From: Candidatus Levyibacteriota bacterium
Lineage (GTDB): Bacteria; Patescibacteriota; Microgenomatia; Levybacterales; GWA1-39-11
Assembly (NCBI GenBank): GCA_039738415.1
Contig: JBCLLY010000006.1
Location: forward strand, 1,814-65,813
Direction of reading: 5' to 3'
DNA: 64,000 nt
The translations under genes and the position numbers were made by a program. A model generated the notes under the pieces. It made no database searches. It was not told the DNA's origin and saw nothing but the letters and a program-made list of their open reading frames with translations. How positions within the stretch are numbered: position 1 is the stretch's first letter; every line of letters starts with the position of its first letter. Shown here piece after piece: positions 58,949 to 64,000 of this stretch.

Positions 58949-58997
58949 CTCAGCCTCGACTAGACCGCCGAGTCTAGGCGGGCCAGCCACCGGAAAC
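58949..58997 (+). repeat. junction repeat J, copy 2
   Basis: CTCAGCC-TCGACTAGACCGCCGAGTCTAGGCGGGCCAGCC-ACCGGAAAC. Begins 4 nt after the KilA-N stop. Confidence 0.85.
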
Positions 58998-59006
58998 AGT
59001 TTTAAT

Positions 59007-59042
59007 ACGGAGAAGGTGTACCCCCAAATCACGGAGAAGGTG
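59007..59042 (+). promoter_or_regulatory. 12-nt perfect direct repeat ACGGAGAAGGTG x2 (24-nt period) upstream of a promoter
   Basis: Copies at 59007-59018 and 59031-59042. Possible regulator-binding sites. Confidence 0.4.
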
Positions 59043-59065
59043 AAATATCCGTCTTATACAAAGTG

Positions 59066-59093
59066 TTGAAATAATCTTAACTCATAGTATAAT
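59066..59093 (+). promoter_or_regulatory. sigma70-type promoter TTGAAA-N16-TATAAT driving a leaderless transcript of the 231-aa ORF
   Basis: -35 at 59066-59071, -10 at 59088-59093. The ATG at 59099 is 5 nt after the -10 hexamer. Confidence 0.6.
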
Positions 59094-59098
59094 GCGGT

Positions 59099-59794
59099 AT
59101 GAGTAATTTTAGAGAGGAAATGGACAAAGCAAGAAGGGCTGCTGAAGAAGCAAGTAGAAATAATCAAAAAAAAGTTGAAAAGTCAGAGTTGGATGTCAAT
59201 TCATGGGGATATCTCTGGAAAAAAAAGGAATTGCAAAAAGACTATCAGGGGATATATATAGAAAATGTTATAGTGCCAGTCATAGCAGAGGTGAGGCAAG
59301 TTTTAAACGAACAAAGAAAGGGAGATGAATGGTCAAGCAAAAGAGTGCAAGACCATGTTGACTTTAGAATCAACTGGCCAGGGGGTGACGGTGCTGAAGG
59401 GGCTGACCCACATACACAACACTATCATGAAATATTTGATGGCGTATTACTTACACAAGTACAAAAAACTGGACTGTTACGTAGACCAGTTGTACTACAA
59501 ATATTTTCCGGCTTTACTCAAGATGTACGGGAAGGCAGTGATATTTCACATACCGTTTTAATTAGGGCTGCATTAAGTTCTGATAGAAATAGATGTGCTG
59601 TTGAGCTAGGACAAAATCCAATTGATAGCAGTTATTATTGGATTCCGGGAAATAATGCTTGGATTCATCAAGTAGAACATAGTATTGAAAATATAATATC
59701 ACCATCCTCAGAAGTGGCTTCTAATGAGATGAGTAGACTACGTTCTCATCTTTCATCCATTGTTGTTTCTCTCCAAGGAAAAGGAAATATGTAG
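59099..59794 (+). CDS. hypothetical protein (231 aa), no recognised family
   Basis: Long ORF with a charged coiled-coil-like N-terminus. Locally more GC-rich than its surroundings. Confidence 0.5.
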   Translation: MSNFREEMDKARRAAEEASRNNQKKVEKSELDVNSWGYLWKKKELQKDYQGIYIENVIVPVIAEVRQVLNEQRKGDEWSSKRVQDHVDFRINWPGGDGAEGADPHTQHYHEIFDGVLLTQVQKTGLLRRPVVLQIFSGFTQDVREGSDISHTVLIRAALSSDRNRCAVELGQNPIDSSYYWIPGNNAWIHQVEHSIENIISPSSEVASNEMSRLRSHLSSIVVSLQGKGNM

Positions 59795-59812
59795 ATGGAG
59801 TATGTATAAATG

Positions 59813-59870
59813 AATTCGCATACCAGCCTCGACTAGACCGTCGAGTCTAGGCGGGCCAGCCACCGGAAAT
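59813..59870 (+). repeat. junction repeat J, copy 3
   Basis: AATTCGCATACCAGCC-TCGACTAGACCGTCGAGTCTAGGCGGGCCAGCC-ACCGGAAAT. Confidence 0.85.
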
Positions 59871-60061
59871 TTGTCCAGTTTGATCTAGTTGTTAATAGTT
59901 GACACTACAAATATAGTGGTTTAACATAATTTTGGATACTACATAGCAGCGGAATAGGAGAAGGAGATATGGGAAGAGTTTTTACATTTGAAATCACAGC
60001 ACCAAGGACGCACAAAAGCGACGGAGGTGTTTTTTTGTGGTTATTCTTATGAAAGGAGGTG

Positions 60062-60337
60062 ATGAAAATGAAAGAAAAAAAACAAAGTCAGGAAGTCCAA
60101 ATTAATTTCGATTTTGGTGCAGAACCAATTTTGTATACTGACTCAATTTTTATTACATCAAATGAAGATGGAATAATTATTAACTTCAGTCAACCTCAAG
60201 CCATTCCTACACAACAGAAAGTTGTAGCAAGAATAGGTATGAGTCGGGAACATGCCAAAAAGTTCATTCAAAAAATTAGCAATTTATTTGCTATTACTGA
60301 AAATAATAAGCAAATTGGTCAAAAGTCCCAGAATTAA
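60062..60337 (+). CDS. DUF3467-like protein
   Basis: ILYTDSIFITSNEDGIIINFSQ...KVVARIGMSREHAKKFIQKISNL resembles the DUF3467 pattern. SD AAAGGAGGTG upstream. Confidence 0.55.
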   Translation: MKMKEKKQSQEVQINFDFGAEPILYTDSIFITSNEDGIIINFSQPQAIPTQQKVVARIGMSREHAKKFIQKISNLFAITENNKQIGQKSQN

Positions 60338-60342
60338 CCTAG

Positions 60343-60370
60343 AGCCGGCTGGGAGAAATCCCACTCGGCT
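60343..60370 (+). other. hairpin AGCCG-gct-GGGA-GAAA-TCCC-act-CGGCT with a GNRA tetraloop
   Basis: Follows the DUF3467 stop. Its 5' arm contains GGCTGGGA, the reverse complement of the junction-motif core TCCCAGCC. Confidence 0.6.
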
Positions 60371-60427
60371 TGCTCCATTTCTGATCATAACAAAAAAATA
60401 AGGAAATTAAAATAATTAGGAAACTGA

Positions 60428-60602
60428 CCTCAAGAGAATACATTTTATTCAATCGTTTGAATGGATGGTTTTGTTTAGTCTAATGTTTCGATACATTAGA
60501 CTGGGTGTTTGAATTTATTTAGGAGTAGAGGCGAGACCACTATTCAGTTTATCTCAGGATTTGGGTTTCATTGGTGAAAAGGTCTCACCTCTACACGGTA
60601 AT
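60428..60602 (+). repeat. 175-bp direct repeat R, copy 2
   Basis: Six mismatches relative to 57167-57341. Same orientation, same length. Confidence 0.9.
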
Positions 60603-60644
60603 ATAGTGCTATGTGGATGGCCGAGGTTTTGGTTTCTTTAGATT

Positions 60645-61502
60645 TTAACTCCAGCTTTCCCCAAGATATTGAACAAGTAATTCGCGCAGTCGTTCTCCGC
60701 CAATAAGTTCAACATTGTTAACTTTCGCTAGCTGAATGGCTTCTGGAGTGAAATATGAGGTAGTAACAACCATAGCGCGCGTGCAATTATAAAGTTTTAA
60801 TGCAGTACTAGCTTCTTGCACCGCAGAATTACCAACGGATCCTGTATAGCACTTTGCTTGCACAACAACCCTTTCTGAGCCCATATTCACAACTAAATCA
60901 CAACCCTGATCACCAGTTTTACCTGTTTTCATAGCAGAGTATCCCATCGCTTCATATAATTTACATAAAAGAACTTCAAATTCAGTACCCGTTAATTGGC
61001 TAGTTGTATGAGGTATGCTTGCGATGCTGTCGCGGACAAATTTATCCTCTTTATTATAAATGTAATGCTTAAGTAGCAAGCTAATATCTTTATAGTCGTC
61101 CATAGAGAGTTTGACACCTTTGTCATGTAGCGCTTTTCTGAAGATTTCTAGCTGCTGCCATGTGAACGAGAACTCTCCGTCTTTCCATAAATCTTTTCCT
61201 GCCTTTTTTTGATAGCCAAGACTGTTTATAAAGTTTTTTATATTTTCATCAGCTCCAGCTTGTTTAACTGAATCAAGCAAATCTGATATTTTCTTCTTTT
61301 GTCTCTTTGATTGAAAATCATGCCATGCATAAATTCCAATCACTATGAGAACAAGTGCTATTGCGCCACCCCAAAGCAAGACAAAAAAAAGGGAGTTATT
61401 GGTTTTAAAAAGAGATACTAAATAAAAAGTAGCCAATACAAAAATAAAAAATATTATTTTTGCTAATGTGTAATCATTATTCCTATATCTCCCTCGAGCC
61501 AT
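60645..61502 (-). CDS. membrane-anchored restriction endonuclease-like protein (Mrr_cat-type PD-(D/E)xK domain)
   Basis: The ATG at 61500-61502 (MARGRYRNNDY) is preferred. Two N-terminal TM helices. C-terminus FEVLLCKLYEAMGY...GDQGCDLVV...VVQAKCY... Confidence 0.7.
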   Translation of the reverse strand: MARGRYRNNDYTLAKIIFFIFVLATFYLVSLFKTNNSLFFVLLWGGAIALVLIVIGIYAWHDFQSKRQKKKISDLLDSVKQAGADENIKNFINSLGYQKKAGKDLWKDGEFSFTWQQLEIFRKALHDKGVKLSMDDYKDISLLLKHYIYNKEDKFVRDSIASIPHTTSQLTGTEFEVLLCKLYEAMGYSAMKTGKTGDQGCDLVVNMGSERVVVQAKCYTGSVGNSAVQEASTALKLYNCTRAMVVTTSYFTPEAIQLAKVNNVELIGGERLRELLVQYLGESWS

Positions 61503-61646
61503 ATAATAATAGTAGCACATTTTTCTTAAGGACTGAAAGGAGCAATTAACAAAATTAAATGGGAATTCGCAAAATTCGCATCCCAGAATCAGGAGTGGTA
61601 GAATAGAGTTCATCGAATTAATGTTTAATAAGAAAATTAAAAATAT

Positions 61647-62090
61647 ATGGAAAAAATCAATCTATTCGACCTAAAAACACTACTCAAGGGAAGGGATTGG
61701 GCAGACTTGACGAAGCAGGAACGGTTGGAAATCTCCCAAAAAATATTAGACCTGATTTCACAGGATTAGCCAAGTTTGTAAACGAAAATCCTCAAGGATT
61801 TACTATCAACATAAATGGAGTACCAGCCACTAAGGGTTTTGTGGTATCACCTTACAAGGGTAGGGAAACTATTCTTGAAATAGTAGATGAGAATTCTATC
61901 AGAGATTTTATATCAAAAAACATAGATTTATTACAACAAGAAGGTAATTTTTTTGGAGGATGGAAAAATTCAAAGGGAAAATTCTAGATATTATGGAAGG
62001 GCAGGTAAAATATTATCCCAACGGGAAAATTTTTGATACCAATGACCCTAACCACAACAGAAGCTTGGAAATTTTAATTAGAAGCAAAAT
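61647..62090 (+). pseudogene. fragmented gene: three consecutive ORF pieces in different frames
   Basis: Pieces are MEKINLFDLKTLLKGRDWADLTKQERLEISQKILDLISQD*, then ...FVNENPQGFTININGVPATKGFVVSPYKGRE...FFGGWKNSKGKF*, then MEGQVKYYPNGKIFDTNDPNHN.... Consistent with frameshift and nonsense decay. Confidence 0.35.
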
Positions 62091-62097
62091 TCGCATC

Positions 62098-62234
62098 CCA
62101 GCCTCAGGAGTGATAATATAAATAAATCAGACAAAGCCTTTTAAATTATGAAAAGTAAAAAAATAGAAGTGAAAGGAATTGTAATTGCCACATTTAGCAA
62201 AAACGAAAAAGACTATATTTCCCTGACTGATATG
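62098..62234 (+). repeat. 137-nt exact duplication, copy 2
   Basis: Identical to 58068-58204. Confidence 0.9.
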
Positions 62235-62490
62235 CTGCGGGCTAAAGATGGTGATTTCTTTATTTCTGATTGGTTGAGAAATAGGAATACAGTTGAATTC
62301 ATTGGTATATGGGAAAAGTTGAATAATCCGAATTTTAATTATGGCGAATTTGCCATAATTAAAAGTCAGGTAGGATTAAACAGCTACAAGATTAGTGTTA
62401 AAGAGTGGGTCGTGTAATACTTAATCTTACACAATCTCTCAAATGAAGTCACTTATCGGGAACCCAGCAGTGAAAAAGTTAGAAAACCGG
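62148..62490 (+). pseudogene. KilA-N gene remnant (mosaic with an internal deletion)
   Basis: The first 29 codons are identical to the 58118 copy. These are followed by a divergent KilA-N N-domain (WLRNRNTVEFIGIWEKLNNPNF), a premature stop at 62415-62417, then the out-of-frame C-terminal tail (QMKSLIGNPAVKKLE). Confidence 0.7.
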
Positions 62491-62548
62491 AATTCGTAAT
62501 CCAGCCTCGACTAGACCGTCGAGTCTAGGCGGGCCAGCCTCAGGAAAG
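62491..62548 (+). repeat. junction repeat J, copy 4
   Basis: AATTCGTAATCCAGCC-TCGACTAGACCGTCGAGTCTAGGCGGGCCAGCC-TCAGGAAAG. Lies immediately upstream of hsdR. Confidence 0.85.
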
Positions 62549-62582
62549 TGGAATTTAAGTTCAAGAAGTGGTAGAATAAATC

Positions 62583-64000
62583 ATGATATTTAACGAAAAC
62601 ACTAGGGTAAAGATTCCTGCATTGATTCATTTGACACGACTTGGCTATCTTTATTTTTCATTGAAAGATCAAAATTACGAAGTCGATCCAGACACAAATA
62701 TTATTACGAACGTACTAACTAGAAAGATCAAAGAACTTAATCCTGATGCTACGGATGAATCTGTTATCCAAGAATTGCAGAATATTAAAGAAGAACTAAA
62801 TTATGATGATTTAGGAAGAGCGTTTTATAAGCGTTTAATTGGAGATGGGGATGGGAGCCTAAAACTTATAGAGTGGGATAAGTTTGGTAATAATTTGTTT
62901 CATGTGACTTCAGAGTTAACGTGCAAGAGTGGGGAAGATGAATTCCGGCCCGATATTACAATCTTTATTAATGGACTACCCCTCTCATTTATAGAGGTAA
63001 AGAAGCCCAATAACCCAGAAGGTATTAAGGCTGAGCGAGATCGTATAAATGTTCGTTTCAAAAATGACAAATTTCGACGATTTATCAATGCCACACAGCT
63101 GATTGTTTTCTCCAATAACATGGAATACGACGATACCGACACTAACAAACTTCAAGGTGCATTTTATGCAACCACTGCAAAAAACACGGATACAAAATTT
63201 AACAACTTACGTGAGCAAAAAAGGTCTGAATTTATAGATGAGATTAAAGCCATAGATGAGCGTATAGAGGATTTTATTCTCTTAGATAATAACTGCAGGA
63301 TTATTAAGCATTCTCCTGAATTCTTGTCTAACAAAGATATAGACACCCCGACCAATCGAATTTTATCGTCGTTGTTTAGTATGTTCAGGCTAAGAGATCT
63401 GCTTAAATATGGGATCTGTTATGTCGACGAAGTTGAGGAAAATACAGGCAAAGTAACTATAGAAAAACAAGTCATGAGGTATCCTCAGTTTTTTGCCACC
63501 AAAGCAATTAAGACTAAGCTTGACGAAGGTATGAAAAGGGGTGTGATTTGGCACACTCAGGGTTCAGGTAAAACAGCTTTATCCTTTTACAACGTTCATT
63601 CACTTAAAGATTATTTTGCCAAAAATGGAGTGATTCCTAAGTTCTATTTTGTAGTTGATCGTCTTGATCTTGCTACACAAGCAAAAGAAGAATTTAGCAA
63701 GCGTGGAATGACAACAAATACTATTGATAGCAAGGAAGCATTACTTGAAGACTTTAAAAATAATACCTCAACGGAAGGTATTACTGTTTTAAATATCCAC
63801 AAATTTCGAGAAGATACTATGGCACTTGATGACAGTGGATACAATATAAATTTACAACGCATATTCTTCATTGACGAAGCTCATCGTAGTTATGATCCAA
63901 AGGGTTCTTTCTTGGCAAATCTTTACAGCTCAGACAAAAATTCCATAAAAATAGCTCTTACAGGCACACCACTAATTATCTATAAAGATCATGATGATCG
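62583..64000 (+). CDS. hsdR: type I restriction enzyme R subunit (N-terminal part, continues beyond window)
   Basis: Not in the ORF track because there is no stop within the window. Nuclease motif FRPDITIFINGLPLSFIEVKKP, helicase Walker A WHTQGSGKT and DEAH box FIDEAHRS. Confidence 0.9.
   Translation, partial: MIFNENTRVKIPALIHLTRLGYLYFSLKDQNYEVDPDTNIITNVLTRKIKELNPDATDESVIQELQNIKEELNYDDLGRAFYKRLIGDGDGSLKLIEWDKFGNNLFHVTSELTCKSGEDEFRPDITIFINGLPLSFIEVKKPNNPEGIKAERDRINVRFKNDKFRRFINATQLIVFSNNMEYDDTDTNKLQGAFYATTAKNTDTKFNNLREQKRSEFIDEIKAIDERIEDFILLDNNCRIIKHSPEFLSNKDIDTPTNRILSSLFSMFRLRDLLKYGICYVDEVEENTGKVTIEKQVMRYPQFFATKAIKTKLDEGMKRGVIWHTQGSGKTALSFYNVHSLKDYFAKNGVIPKFYFVVDRLDLATQAKEEFSKRGMTTNTIDSKEALLEDFKNNTSTEGITVLNIHKFREDTMALDDSGYNINLQRIFFIDEAHRSYDPKGSFLANLYSSDKNSIKIALTGTPLIIYKDHDD

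Noticed and set aside
61503-61613. N-terminal extension of the Mrr-like ORF (MNSILPLLILGCEF...).
   Set aside because: The extension is antisense to a copy of the junction motif (61571-61595) and is Cys/Phe-rich nonsense. The internal ATG at 61500-61502 precedes the first TM helix.
57828-62548. The J repeats as a CRISPR array, or as integron attC sites of a cassette array.
   Set aside because: Copies are 0.9-2.7 kb apart with genes between them, so they are not a CRISPR array. They lack the RYYYAAC/GTTRRRY attC core sites, and no intI, attI or cas genes are present in the window. The cassette-like idea is kept only as a generic module-junction hypothesis.

Overview
AT-rich bacterial window with compact, often overlapping genes. 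Gene content and style (murT/gatD, short AtpH and L19, many TATAAT-N6-ATG starts, tRNAs without encoded CCA) suggest a small-genome, CPR/Patescibacteria-like organism; that placement is inference. Genetic code is standard: atpB and gatB both end in TGA. Bases 1-53,400 are mostly housekeeping: typA, ileS, rodA/ftsW-like, rplU-rpmA, parB, lepB, a ~10 kb surface-glycan cluster (GT4, GT2s, flippase, methyltransferase, GT-C-like proteins, O-antigen ligase), the complete F1Fo ATP synthase operon, dnaE, gatCAB, murT/gatD, htpX-lemA, polX, pyrG, rplS, ruvCAB, a P-type ATPase, greA and PBP1A. From about 53,560 to the right edge lies an accessory, defence-island-like region next to tRNA-Lys and tRNA-Glu. 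It holds a DUF4258/DUF2283 toxin-antitoxin-like pair, KilA-N genes, orphan ORFs, DUF3467, a membrane Mrr-type nuclease, gene fragments and the start of a type I restriction hsdR. This region is stitched together by several families of intergenic repeats. Most notable observations: (1) a canonical tRNA-Gly(CCC) bracketed by an 11-bp perfect inverted repeat and nested inside the two halves of a second Gly-type tRNA. (2) A GDCCVxC-type mini-gene after a multicopper oxidase, with an in-frame TGA at the Cys/Sec position and a hairpin just downstream. (3) A junction motif (AATTCGCATCCCAGCC / TCAGGAG), with or without a 33-nt hairpin insert, marking the module boundaries of the island. (4) A 175-bp, double-hairpin direct repeat flanking a 3.4 kb module. 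(5) A GC-rich palindromic block, apparently in frame, inside gatB that shares a 15-nt palindrome with the typA leader. (6) Two cases where the last ~20 nt of a gene are duplicated around an inserted segment. No CRISPR array, rRNA, integrase or transposase gene was recognised in the window.
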